Origin: Roseicyclus sp.
GTDB lineage: Bacteria; Pseudomonadota; Alphaproteobacteria; Rhodobacterales; Rhodobacteraceae
Reading direction: 5' to 3'
Assembly: GCF_965662675.1 (NCBI RefSeq)
Contig: NZ_CBFIIK010000003.1
Span: 13,401 to 77,400, forward strand
Length of the DNA stretch: 64,000 nucleotides
The notes under the pieces are model-generated. The model was not told the origin of the DNA, searched no databases, and was given only the letters and a program-made list of their open reading frames with translations. Below, piece by piece: positions 41,650 to 51,168 of this stretch; position 1 is the first letter of the stretch; each line of letters starts with the position of its first letter. The position numbers and the translations under genes were made by a program.

Positions 41650-43095
41650 ATGACGATCCGGTTTCTTTTGAACGGGGAACCTGTGGATGTCGATGCGCCC
41701 CCCACCGCGACGCTGCTCGATTGGCTGCGCGAGGAACGGCGGCTCACCGGCACCAAGGAAGGCTGTAACGAGGGCGATTGCGGCGCCTGCACGGTCATGG
41801 TGACCAATCCCGAAGGAACATCGCGCGCGCTCAATGCCTGCATCTTGTTCATGCCCCAACTCGCAGGTCACGCGGTCCGCACGATCGAGGGGATCGCAGG
41901 CCCCGACGGCGCACTGCACCCGGTACAACAGGCGATGGTCGATCATCATGGGTCACAATGCGGCTTTTGCACACCGGGCTTCGTGGTGTCGATGGCCGTG
42001 GCCCATCTGAACGGGCGGCACGACCATGACGATCAATTGGCGGGCAACCTGTGTCGTTGTACGGGCTATGCCCCGATCATTCGCGCCGCCGAAGCCGCAA
42101 CCACGGCCCCCATACCTGACTGGATGCGGGTTGATGCGGCCACCCTGGCGGCCTCACCCTTGTGTGTTTCACAAATATCCCCGGGGGGGCGCCATTCGAG
42201 CGCCACTGGTCCGAGCGACAATGGCGGCCGGGACAGACAGCCCCCCACTTGCCCGACATCCGCCGATGAACTCGCCGCTTGGTATCTGGACAACCCCGAC
42301 GCAACCTTGATCGCGGGGGCCACCGATGTGGGGCTTTGGGTGACCAAGGGCTTGCGCGATCTTGCGCCGGTCGCCTTCCTGAACCAATGCGCCGATTTGC
42401 GCGGGATTGTTGCCGATGACGAAACAATCAGCATCGGCGCGATGACCACAATCGCGGAACTCGGCGCATTCATCGCCGACCGCCACCCCGCCTTCGCCGA
42501 GCTGATCCGCCGCTACGGCTCGGTGCAAGTGCGCAATGCCGCCACCATCGGCGGCAATATCGCCAATGGCTCGCCCATCGGTGACAGCCCACCCGCGCTG
42601 ATCGCCTTGGGCGCAACACTGCACCTGCGCCGGGGCGATATACGGCGCAGCCTGCCGCTCGAGGATTTCTTTCTCGCCTATGGCAAGCAAGACCGCGCCG
42701 CCGGGGAATTCGTCGAGGCCGTCACGATCCCCGTCCAGCCGGACCATTTGCGCTGCTACAAGCTGTCCAAGCGCTTCGATCAAGATATCTCGGCGGTGTG
42801 CGGCGCATTCAACATCACGCTTGAGGGTGGCATCGTGACAGCCGCGCGCATCGCATTCGGCGGCATGGCCGGCACGCCCAAACGCGCCCATGCGGCCGAG
42901 GCCGCGTTGATCGGCCAGCCATGGGCCGACACCAGCATCACCGCCGCGCAAGACGCGCTTGCCGCGGATTTCACCCCGCTCTCGGATATGCGCGCCTCGG
43001 CCGACTACAGGCTGCGCAGCGCCAAAGCCATGCTGATGCGCTGCTTGCGCGAAAGCAGGGGCGAAGATGTGAACGTGCTGGCGGTGCAACCATGA
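41650..43095 (+). CDS. xdhA: Xanthine dehydrogenase small subunit (2Fe-2S + FAD)
   Basis: Starts [11 protein letters not shown], with [11 protein letters not shown] and CRCTGY clusters plus an FAD-binding domain. Confidence 0.92.
   Translation: MTIRFLLNGEPVDVDAPPTATLLDWLREERRLTGTKEGCNEGDCGACTVMVTNPEGTSRALNACILFMPQLAGHAVRTIEGIAGPDGALHPVQQAMVDHHGSQCGFCTPGFVVSMAVAHLNGRHDHDDQLAGNLCRCTGYAPIIRAAEAATTAPIPDWMRVDAATLAASPLCVSQISPGGRHSSATGPSDNGGRDRQPPTCPTSADELAAWYLDNPDATLIAGATDVGLWVTKGLRDLAPVAFLNQCADLRGIVADDETISIGAMTTIAELGAFIADRHPAFAELIRRYGSVQVRNAATIGGNIANGSPIGDSPPALIALGATLHLRRGDIRRSLPLEDFFLAYGKQDRAAGEFVEAVTIPVQPDHLRCYKLSKRFDQDISAVCGAFNITLEGGIVTAARIAFGGMAGTPKRAHAAEAALIGQPWADTSITAAQDALAADFTPLSDMRASADYRLRSAKAMLMRCLRESRGEDVNVLAVQP
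42166..42246 (-). repeat. Degenerate inverted copy of the structured repeat, in-frame in the xdhA interdomain linker
   Basis: GTTTCACAAATATCCCCGGGGGGG closely matches the copy E tail GTTTCAAAAATATCCCGGGGGG (one substitution, one extra C and one extra G). It is followed by the GGCGC/GCGCC hairpin and a C-run, and encodes [12 protein letters not shown]... Confidence 0.55.
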
Positions 43096-45434
43096 GCGCG
43101 CATGACAGCCTGCCGCATGATGCGGCCTGCCTGCATGTGACCGGGCGGGCGCGCTATGTCGACGATATTCCCACACCTGCCGATTGCCTGCATCTGGCCT
43201 TTGGGCTCTCGCCAATCGCGCGCGGCACGATCCGCGCCATGGACCTTGCCGCTGTCCGGTCGGCACCGGGCGTGGTCGAGGTGCTGGCGGGGACCGATCT
43301 CGACCCGATGCCCGATTGCGCCCCGGCCGCCCATGACGAGCCGCTCTTGTCGGACGGCACGATCCATTACGCGGGCCAGCCGCTTTTCTTGGTGGTCGCG
43401 ACAAGCCATCTGGCCGCGCGCCGCGCCGCACGGATGGCGCGCCTCGATCTGATCGAAGAGACACCGATCCTCGGCGTCGATGAGGCGCTCGCCGCCAATG
43501 CCCGTTTCGAGGACGGCCCACGCATCTATGCCAAGGGCGATGTCGCCGCCGCGATCGCAACGGCCGATCATGTGATCACGGGACAGATCACCCTTGGCGG
43601 ACAAGAGCATTTCTATCTTGAAGGCCAAGCCGCCCTCGCCTTGCCGCAAGACAACGGCGACATGGTGATCCATGCCTCGACCCAGCATCCGACCGAGATC
43701 CAGCACAAGGTCGCCGATGCGCTGGGCTTGCCCATGCATGCCGTGCGCGTCGAGGTGCGGCGCATGGGTGGCGGTTTCGGCGGCAAGGAAAGCCAAGGCA
43801 ATGCGCTGGCCATCGCCTGCGCCATCGCGGCCGCGCGCAGCGGCCGGCCCGCCAAGATGCGCTACGACCGCGATGATGATTTCGTCATCACCGGCAAGCG
43901 CCATGATATCGTGATCGCATACCGGGTGGGCGTCGATGCGACCGGGCGGGTCTTGGGGCTTGATTTCACCCATTACCTGCGCTGCGGCTGGTCGATGGAT
44001 CTATCGCTGCCGGTGGCCGATCGGGCGATGTTGCATGCCGACAATGCCTATGATCTGCCGGCCGCGCGCATCACCTCGCATCGGTTGCGGACCAATCACC
44101 AAAGCGCCACGGCCTTTCGCGGCTTTGGCGGGCCGCAAGGCATGGTGGGGATCGAGCGGGTGATGGATCATATCGCCCATCACTTGGGCCGTGATCCCTT
44201 GGAGATCCGGCGCCTCAATTACTATCCCGAGGCGCATGTGGCCCGGTCCGAGGCCTCCGGCGGGAGTATTTTTGAAGCAAAGATGGCCAAAGATGCGCCC
44301 CGCATCGGGATCACGCCCTATGGGATGGAGGTGCGCGATTTCGTCTTGCATGACCTGACCCAACGCTTGGCGCAATCTTGCGATTATGCCGGGCGGCGCG
44401 CGGAGATTGCGCGGTGGAACGCGCACCAGCCGGTGCTTAAGCGCGGCATCGCGCTCAGCCCGGTGAAATTCGGCATTTCTTTCACGCTCACCCATCTCAA
44501 CCAAGCGGGCGCGCTGGTCCATGTCTATCAAGATGGATCGATCCAGATAAACCATGGCGGCACCGAGATGGGCCAAGGCCTGTTCCAAAAGGTGGCGCAG
44601 GTGGCGGCAAGCCGCTTCGGCGTCGGCATAGAGCAAATCAAGATCACCGCGACAGATACGGGCAAGGTGCCCAATACCAGCGCCACGGCGGCCAGTTCGG
44701 GCACCGATCTGAACGGGATGGCGGTGCAAGCGGCCTGTGACACGATCCGGGCGCGCATCGCCACGCATCTGGCCGCGGTCCATGGCAATGACGATATCCA
44801 TTTCGGCGATGGCTGCGTCCATATCGGCCAAGATCACAGGCTGAGCTTCCGGGAAGCGGTACAGTCGGCCTATGCCGCGCGCGTCAGCCTATCGGCCACG
44901 GGCTTTTACAAGACACCCGATATCGCATGGGACCGCATCGCGGGCCAAGGGCAGCCGTTCTTCTACTTCGCCTACGGCGCGGCCTGCTCGGAGGTGGTGA
45001 TCGACAGCTTGACCGGCGAGAACCGCATCCTGCGCACCGATATCTTGCATGATGCGGGCGCAAGCCTGAACCCCGCGCTCGATATCGGGCAGATCGAGGG
45101 CGGGTTCGTGCAAGGTGCGGGATGGTTGACCTCGGAAGAGCTGGTCTGGGACGATCACGGACGGCTGCGCACCCATGCGCCCTCGACCTACAAGATCCCC
45201 GCCTGTTCGGACCGGCCGCCGGTGTTCAACGTCGACCTGTGGGACCAGCCCAACCGGGCCGAGACGATCTATCGGTCCAAAGCCGTGGGTGAGCCGCCCT
45301 TCATGCTGGGGATCAGCGTCTTGATGGCGCTCTCGGATGCCTGCGGGGCATGCGGGCCGCATTATCCCGACCTGCAGGCCCCCGCGACACCCGAGGCGGT
45401 ACTTGCGGCGATCGACCGGGCGCGTGGGCCATGA
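43092..45434 (+). CDS. xdhB: Xanthine dehydrogenase molybdopterin-binding large subunit
   Basis: ATGA overlap with xdhA; [24 protein letters not shown] and GGTEMGQG motifs. Confidence 0.95.
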   Translation: MSAHDSLPHDAACLHVTGRARYVDDIPTPADCLHLAFGLSPIARGTIRAMDLAAVRSAPGVVEVLAGTDLDPMPDCAPAAHDEPLLSDGTIHYAGQPLFLVVATSHLAARRAARMARLDLIEETPILGVDEALAANARFEDGPRIYAKGDVAAAIATADHVITGQITLGGQEHFYLEGQAALALPQDNGDMVIHASTQHPTEIQHKVADALGLPMHAVRVEVRRMGGGFGGKESQGNALAIACAIAAARSGRPAKMRYDRDDDFVITGKRHDIVIAYRVGVDATGRVLGLDFTHYLRCGWSMDLSLPVADRAMLHADNAYDLPAARITSHRLRTNHQSATAFRGFGGPQGMVGIERVMDHIAHHLGRDPLEIRRLNYYPEAHVARSEASGGSIFEAKMAKDAPRIGITPYGMEVRDFVLHDLTQRLAQSCDYAGRRAEIARWNAHQPVLKRGIALSPVKFGISFTLTHLNQAGALVHVYQDGSIQINHGGTEMGQGLFQKVAQVAASRFGVGIEQIKITATDTGKVPNTSATAASSGTDLNGMAVQAACDTIRARIATHLAAVHGNDDIHFGDGCVHIGQDHRLSFREAVQSAYAARVSLSATGFYKTPDIAWDRIAGQGQPFFYFAYGAACSEVVIDSLTGENRILRTDILHDAGASLNPALDIGQIEGGFVQGAGWLTSEELVWDDHGRLRTHAPSTYKIPACSDRPPVFNVDLWDQPNRAETIYRSKAVGEPPFMLGISVLMALSDACGACGPHYPDLQAPATPEAVLAAIDRARGP
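44229..44286 (+). repeat. Copy of the structured repeat, in-frame inside xdhB
   Basis: CTCCGGCGGGAGTATTTTTGAAGCAAAGATGG matches the tail of copies B and D. It translates to [11 protein letters not shown] inside a loop. Confidence 0.6.
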
Positions 45435-46204
45435 GCACGATCCGCGTCACCATCACCGCCGTGCAAGGCTCGGCCCCGCGCGAGGTGGGGGCAGCGATGC
45501 TGGTCCGGGGCGACGGTATCGATGGCACCATCGGCGGCGGCGCGCTGGAGTGGGAGGCGATGCGCATCGCGCGCGCCATGCTGGTTGAAGGGCGGGATCG
45601 GGCCGAACATCGCCTGCCCCTCGGCCCGGCCTTGGGCCAATGCTGCGGTGGCGCGGTGAGCCTGTCTTTCGAGGCAGCCGAGGCGCTGGATCGCCACCAA
45701 GGCGCGCCGCTTTGGGTCTGGGGCGCGGGCCATGTCGGGCGCGCGGTCGTGGCGGTGATGGCCCCGCTGCCGGAGGTGGCGATCACATGGATCGACGATG
45801 CCGACGCGCGCTTTCCCGGCGATGTTGCCGAAGGTGTCGAAACGGTCGTGGCCGCCGATATGGCGCTTTTGATGGCCCATGCACCGCCTGTCGCTCATCA
45901 CCTGATCCTGAGCTACAGCCACGAGATCGATCTGGCGCTATGTCACGGCGCGCTCATGCGCGGCTTTGCGAGTTGCGGGCTGATCGGCTCAGATACCAAA
46001 TGGGCACGGTTTCAGGCGCGGCTGAAGGCACTGGGGCATATAGATGCCGAAATTTCACGCATCACCTGTCCGATCGGCGACCCGCGGATGGGCCGACACC
46101 CGCAAGCCATTGCCGTGGGGGTGGCCGGGCGGCTACTCACAATGCATCTGCACAAAGAATCGGCAGGCAAGCCGATCCAACGGGGGAAAGTGATCGCGAC
46201 GTGA
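45431..46204 (+). CDS. xdhC: Xanthine dehydrogenase accessory protein XdhC
   Basis: ATGA overlap with xdhB; XdhC/CoxI pattern with a Rossmann-like GAGHVGRA. Confidence 0.85.
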   Translation: MSTIRVTITAVQGSAPREVGAAMLVRGDGIDGTIGGGALEWEAMRIARAMLVEGRDRAEHRLPLGPALGQCCGGAVSLSFEAAEALDRHQGAPLWVWGAGHVGRAVVAVMAPLPEVAITWIDDADARFPGDVAEGVETVVAADMALLMAHAPPVAHHLILSYSHEIDLALCHGALMRGFASCGLIGSDTKWARFQARLKALGHIDAEISRITCPIGDPRMGRHPQAIAVGVAGRLLTMHLHKESAGKPIQRGKVIAT

Positions 46205-47715
46205 CGGCGCTCTTGGAAATCGAGGGGCTATGCAAAGCCTATCCGGGTGTCGTGGCCAATGACGATGTGTCATTCGCGATTCAGCCGGGCGAAGTGCATG
46301 CACTTCTGGGCGAGAACGGCGCGGGCAAATCCACGCTGGTCAAGATGATCTATGGGCTGGTCAAGCCCGACCGGGGCGCGATGCGCTTGCGCGGGGCGCC
46401 TTATGCGCCGGTAGAGCCACGCGCGGCACGCGCGGCGGGCGTGGCGATGGTGTTTCAGCATTTCAGCCTGTTCGAAGCATTGAGCGTGGCCGAGAATATC
46501 GCGCTGGGCATGGAAGATCCGCCAAAACCACGCGATCTGGCTGCGCGTATCCGCGATGTCTCGCAAGCCTATGGCCTGCCGCTCGATCCTTTTCGGCTGG
46601 TGGGCGATCTGTCGGCGGGCGAGCGTCAGCGGGTCGAGATCATCCGCTGCCTGCTGCAAGAGCCCAAGCTCTTGATCATGGATGAGCCCACCAGCGTCTT
46701 GACCCCGCAAGAGGTGGAGATCTTGTTTCACACCCTGCGCAAGCTGGCAGCCGAGGGGACGGCGATCTTGTATATCAGTCACAAGCTCGAGGAGATCCGC
46801 ACGCTTTGCGATGCGGCCACGATCTTGCGGTTGGGGCGCAAGGTGGGAGAATGCACCCCGCGTGATGTGACGGCCGCGCATATGGCGGAATTGATGGTTG
46901 GCAAATCGCTGGCCCAACCGGCGCGCGACACCCATACGCCGGGCGCGGTCTTGCTTGCGGTGGCGGGGCTCAACCTGCGCGCGGCCTCACCCTTTGGAAC
47001 AAGCTTGCAAGATGTCAGCTTTTCGGTGCGGGCAGGGGAGATCCTTGGCATCGGCGGTGTCGCGGGCAATGGCCAAGACGAGTTGCTGGCCGCCCTGTCG
47101 GGTGAAATCAGCGCCGCAGCCGATGCGATCACGCTCAACGGCGCGCCCATCGGCGCGCTGAGCCCCAATGCACGCCGCCAGAAGGGTGTGCTTTGCGCAC
47201 CCGAAGAACGGCTTGGCCATGCCGCTGCGCCAGAGATGACATTGACCGAGAACGCGCTGCTGACCGCGCGTATCCGGCGTGGGCTCGATCGTGGCGGCTT
47301 TGTCGATTGGGCCCGCGCGCGGGGCTTTGCCCAAGATATCATCACCCGCTTCGATGTCCGCACCCCGGGAACCGAGGTCGCGGCACGCGCCCTTTCGGGC
47401 GGCAATCTCCAAAAATTCGTGATCGGGCGCGAAATTCTACAAGATCCGACCGTTTTGGTGGTCAACCAACCCACTTGGGGCGTGGATGCCTCGGCAGCGG
47501 CCGCGATCCGGCAGGCGCTCTTGGATCTGGCCCAAGGCGGCGCTGCGGTGGTCGTGATCAGCCAAGACCTTGATGAGTTGCTCGAGATTTCAGACCGGTT
47601 CTGCGCGCTCAACGAGGGGCGGCTTTCGACCGCACGCGAGGCGCGCGGCCTGAGCATGGAAGAGATCGGCCTGATGCTGGGCGGGGCGCATGACATGGCC
47701 GAGGTGGTGGCATGA
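46201..47715 (+). CDS. ABC transporter ATP-binding protein with duplicated NBD (nucleoside/sugar type)
   Basis: GTGA overlap with xdhC; GENGAGKST Walker A, LSAGERQRV and LSGGNLQK signatures. Confidence 0.88.
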   Translation: MTALLEIEGLCKAYPGVVANDDVSFAIQPGEVHALLGENGAGKSTLVKMIYGLVKPDRGAMRLRGAPYAPVEPRAARAAGVAMVFQHFSLFEALSVAENIALGMEDPPKPRDLAARIRDVSQAYGLPLDPFRLVGDLSAGERQRVEIIRCLLQEPKLLIMDEPTSVLTPQEVEILFHTLRKLAAEGTAILYISHKLEEIRTLCDAATILRLGRKVGECTPRDVTAAHMAELMVGKSLAQPARDTHTPGAVLLAVAGLNLRAASPFGTSLQDVSFSVRAGEILGIGGVAGNGQDELLAALSGEISAAADAITLNGAPIGALSPNARRQKGVLCAPEERLGHAAAPEMTLTENALLTARIRRGLDRGGFVDWARARGFAQDIITRFDVRTPGTEVAARALSGGNLQKFVIGREILQDPTVLVVNQPTWGVDASAAAAIRQALLDLAQGGAAVVVISQDLDELLEISDRFCALNEGRLSTAREARGLSMEEIGLMLGGAHDMAEVVA

Positions 47716-48797
47716 TCGCGCTGGAAAAACGCCCGCAGCCCGCGCGCGGTTGGGTCATCGGCGCGCCGCTTTTGGCGGTGGTGCTGACGATGGTCGCAGG
47801 CGGGATCATGTTCGCGGCGCTGGGCAAGGATCCGGTCGGCGCGATCCGCATCATCTTTTGGGATCCGCTGTTTTCCGAGCAGTTCGCAGGCTATTCGCGG
47901 CCGCAATTGCTGGTCAAGGCAGGGCCGTTGATCTTGATCGCCATCGGCCTCAGCCTTGGGTTTCGCGCAGGGATTTGGAACATCGGGGCCGAGGGGCAAT
48001 ATATTGTCGGGGCGCTGTGCGGCGCGGCCTTCGGCTTGGCGTTTTGGCCATCGACACACCCGCTGATCTTTCCCGGCATGGTGCTGGCCGGTGTGCTGGG
48101 CGGTGTTCTTTGGGCGATGATCCCGGCGTTTTTACGGGTTTATGCGCGTACCAATGAAATTCTCGTGTCGCTTTTGTTGGTCTATGTCGCCGAGGCGATG
48201 CTGGCCTCGGCTGCGACGGGTTGGTTGCGCAACCCCGATGGGGCGGGCTTTCCCGGATCGCGCAACCTTGCGCGGCATGCGGGCACCAACAATCCCGAAC
48301 TGATCGCAGGAACGGGGATGCATTGGGGGGTTTTGGCCGCCTTCGTGGCAGTGATCGCGGCCTATGTGCTGATGACGCGCCATGTGCTGGGTTACCAGAT
48401 CCGGCTGGCGGGCCAAGCCCCGCGCGCGGCGCGTTTTGGGGGCGTGAATGCCGGGCGGCTGGTGATTTTGTGCATGGGTGTCTCGGGCGCGCTGGCAGGC
48501 ATGGCGGGCCTGTTCGAGGTAAGCGGCCCCGCAGGGCGCATCTCGATCGATTTCAACGTCGGCTACGGCTTTACCGCCATCATCGTGGCTTTCCTTGGCC
48601 GGCTGAACCCGATCGGCATCTTGATGGCCGGGCTTTTGTTGGCGCTGACCTTCATCGGCGGCGAGTTGGCGCAGCTGATGTTGGGTATTCCCGCGCCCGC
48701 GATCCAAGCCTTTCAAGGCATGCTGTTGTTTTTCTTGCTCGCGCTCGATGTGCTGGCCAATTATCGTGTGAAGCTCAAGCGGGGGGCCATGGCATGA
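47712..48797 (+). CDS. ABC transporter permease
   Basis: 361 aa polytopic protein; ATGA overlap with the ATPase gene. Confidence 0.85.
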   Translation: MIALEKRPQPARGWVIGAPLLAVVLTMVAGGIMFAALGKDPVGAIRIIFWDPLFSEQFAGYSRPQLLVKAGPLILIAIGLSLGFRAGIWNIGAEGQYIVGALCGAAFGLAFWPSTHPLIFPGMVLAGVLGGVLWAMIPAFLRVYARTNEILVSLLLVYVAEAMLASAATGWLRNPDGAGFPGSRNLARHAGTNNPELIAGTGMHWGVLAAFVAVIAAYVLMTRHVLGYQIRLAGQAPRAARFGGVNAGRLVILCMGVSGALAGMAGLFEVSGPAGRISIDFNVGYGFTAIIVAFLGRLNPIGILMAGLLLALTFIGGELAQLMLGIPAPAIQAFQGMLLFFLLALDVLANYRVKLKRGAMA

Positions 48798-49717
48798 TCG
48801 TCGATCCCGTCACGCTGATCGTGGCCTTGATCACCGTTGCCACGCCCGTGCTTTTGGCGGCCATCGGCGAATTGGTCGTGGAAAAGGCCGGTGTCTTGAA
48901 CCTCGGGGTCGAGGGGATGATGATCATGGGCGCGGTCTGTGGCTTTGTCGTCGCCCATCACAGCGGCTCTGCGGCTTTGGGCTTTGCCGCTGGCATGGCG
49001 GGTGGGGCGGCGCTTGCCATGCTTTTCGCGATCTTGACCCAGCTCTTGATGGCCAATCAGGTGGCATCGGGATTGGCGCTGACGCTGTTCGGCCTTGGCC
49101 TCGCCGCGCTGATCGGGGTGGGCTATGGTGGGCTGGCCCTGCCTGCGGTCTACAGGCCCTTTCCCGAGGCCTTGCACAATATCCCTGTCGTGGGGCCGAT
49201 CATGTTTTCGCATTCCGCGCTGGTCTATGTGGCGCTGATGTTGGTGGCGGCGGTGTGGGTGGTGCTGACGCGCACGCGGATCGGGCTGATCCTGCGGGCG
49301 GTTGGCGAAAACCACGACGCCGCCCATGCGCTTGGCTACAAGGTGGTGCGTATCCGCATCGCCGCGATCTTGTTCGGCGGGGCTTGCGCGGGTTTGGGCG
49401 GAGCTTTCCTGTCCGTGGTGCGGGTGCAGAATTGGCTCGAGGGGATGACCGCAGGCGCAGGCTGGATCGCGCTGGCGCTGGTGGTCTTCGCCTCGTGGAA
49501 GCCGTGGCGCGTTTTGTTGGGCGCGTGGCTGTTCGGGGGCATCGCGGCGCTGCAACTGCGCCTTCAGGCCGCCGAGGTGGGTGTGCCCGTGGCGCTACTG
49601 GATGCCTCGCCCTACCTCATCACGATCATCGTGCTTGTCATCATCTCATCGGACCGCAGCCGCGCGGCGCTGAACGCGCCCGCGATGCTGGGTCGTATCT
49701 TTCACACATCTGGCTGA
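48794..49717 (+). CDS. ABC transporter permease
   Basis: Starts MIVDPVTLIV (ATG at 48794, ATGA overlap), 307 aa polytopic protein. Confidence 0.85.
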   Translation: MIVDPVTLIVALITVATPVLLAAIGELVVEKAGVLNLGVEGMMIMGAVCGFVVAHHSGSAALGFAAGMAGGAALAMLFAILTQLLMANQVASGLALTLFGLGLAALIGVGYGGLALPAVYRPFPEALHNIPVVGPIMFSHSALVYVALMLVAAVWVVLTRTRIGLILRAVGENHDAAHALGYKVVRIRIAAILFGGACAGLGGAFLSVVRVQNWLEGMTAGAGWIALALVVFASWKPWRVLLGAWLFGGIAALQLRLQAAEVGVPVALLDASPYLITIIVLVIISSDRSRAALNAPAMLGRIFHTSG

Positions 49718-49812
49718 GGATGTCGGGACATGCCAAAGACGCCAGACCATGATCAACCCCGCACGCGCCAGCGCGTACCTTCTTCACCCTATCCAAACTG
49801 GAGGATATCTGA

Positions 49813-50889
49813 ATGAAAATGCTGCCAAAATTTTTGACCTCTGCGGCGCTCGCCGTAGGCCTTGCGCTGCCCGCGCTGGCACAAGACCCCTTCAAGGTCG
49901 GCTTCATCTATGTCGGCGCTGTCAGCGACATGGGCTGGACCTTTACCCATGATGTCGGCCGTCTGGCCGTCGAAGAGCATTTCGGTGATGCGGTCGAGAC
50001 CGTGTTTCTCGAGAATGTTCCCGAAGGCGCGGATGCCGAGCGCGCGATCAGCCAAATGATCTTGGGCGGTGCTGACATGATCTTCACCACCTCCTTTGGT
50101 TATGGCGAGGCGACCAATGCCGTCGCGGGCCAATTCCCCGATGTCTATTTCGAGCATGCCACGGGCTATATGCGCGACCATCCCAATGTGTCCAACTATT
50201 CGGCCCGCTTCTACGAAGGCCGCGCCGTCTTGGGCCATATCGCAGGCCACATGACGGAATCGAACATCGTGGGCTATATCGCCTCCTACCCGATCCCCGA
50301 AGTGATCCGCGGCATCAACTCGGCCTATCTGCATGCACGTGCGGTCAATCCCGATGTCGAGTTCCGGGTGGTTTGGGCCTATACTTGGTTCGATCCCGCG
50401 ATCGAAGCCGACGCCGCCCAAGCACTGGTCGATGCCGGCGCCGATGTGATCATGCAGCATACCGACTCGACTGCACCACAGACTGTCGCGCGCGATGCCG
50501 GCATCATCTCCTTTGGCCAAGCATCCGACATGATCCAATTCGCACCGCGTCCGCGCGTGGCCTCGATCATCGACAACTGGGCGCCCTACTATATCCGCCG
50601 CGTCGGTGAAGCGATGGAAGGGAATTGGGAACAGGCCGACACCTGGGAAGGCATGCCCACGGGCAAAGTCCTGATCGGTGAATTGAGCGAGGCGATCCCC
50701 GCCGAAGTCCGTGCCTCGGCCCAAGACATGATCGACGCGCTGAAGGCGGGCACCTATCACCCCTTCACCGGCCCGATCAATCGTCAGGACGGCACCGCAT
50801 GGTTGGCCGAAGGCGAAGTGGCCGATGATGGCACGCTTTTGGGCATGAACTTCTACGTCGAAGGCATCACCGGCGAAGTGCCGAACTGA
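49813..50889 (+). CDS. BMP-family (basic membrane protein) ABC substrate-binding protein, purine-nucleoside type
   Basis: Signal peptide, FKVGFIYVGAVSDMGWT BMP pattern, GGAGGA SD. Confidence 0.85.
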   Translation: MKMLPKFLTSAALAVGLALPALAQDPFKVGFIYVGAVSDMGWTFTHDVGRLAVEEHFGDAVETVFLENVPEGADAERAISQMILGGADMIFTTSFGYGEATNAVAGQFPDVYFEHATGYMRDHPNVSNYSARFYEGRAVLGHIAGHMTESNIVGYIASYPIPEVIRGINSAYLHARAVNPDVEFRVVWAYTWFDPAIEADAAQALVDAGADVIMQHTDSTAPQTVARDAGIISFGQASDMIQFAPRPRVASIIDNWAPYYIRRVGEAMEGNWEQADTWEGMPTGKVLIGELSEAIPAEVRASAQDMIDALKAGTYHPFTGPINRQDGTAWLAEGEVADDGTLLGMNFYVEGITGEVPN

Positions 50890-50912
50890 TCCGCGACATC
50901 GGTTTTTGGATC

Positions 50913-50943
50913 GGCCCGCCCTTGTGGCGGGCCGTTTCGTTTG
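50913..50943 (+). terminator. Rho-independent terminator of the BMP gene
   Basis: GGCCCGCC-CTTGT-GGCGGGCC followed by GTTTCGTTT. Confidence 0.75.
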
Positions 50944-50961
50944 GGTGGGGTCGAGACCGCG

Positions 50962-51039
50962 AATTTTCATCCGAAAACTCGGGGGGCGCTGCCCCCGCCC
51001 GTGCCGGGCTCCCCCGGAGTATTTTCGAAGCAAAGATGG
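50962..51039 (+). repeat. Structured repeat, copy D (most complete, with both arms)
   Basis: AATTTTCATCCGAAAACTCGGGGGG-CGCTG-CCCCC-GCCCG/TGC/CGGGC-T-CCCCCGGAGTATTTTCGAAGCAAAGATGG. Confidence 0.8.
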
Positions 51040-51168
51040 CGCTGACGGGGTGCCATTCGGCACGCGTGTCGCTTTCGTGTCGAATTCGGTCGGGTGGGCG
51101 AGGCACGGCTTGCGCCGCTCGGGCAGGTAGGGTCAGCATGTTTGCGCGCTTTGCCCGAAGGACCGGCC

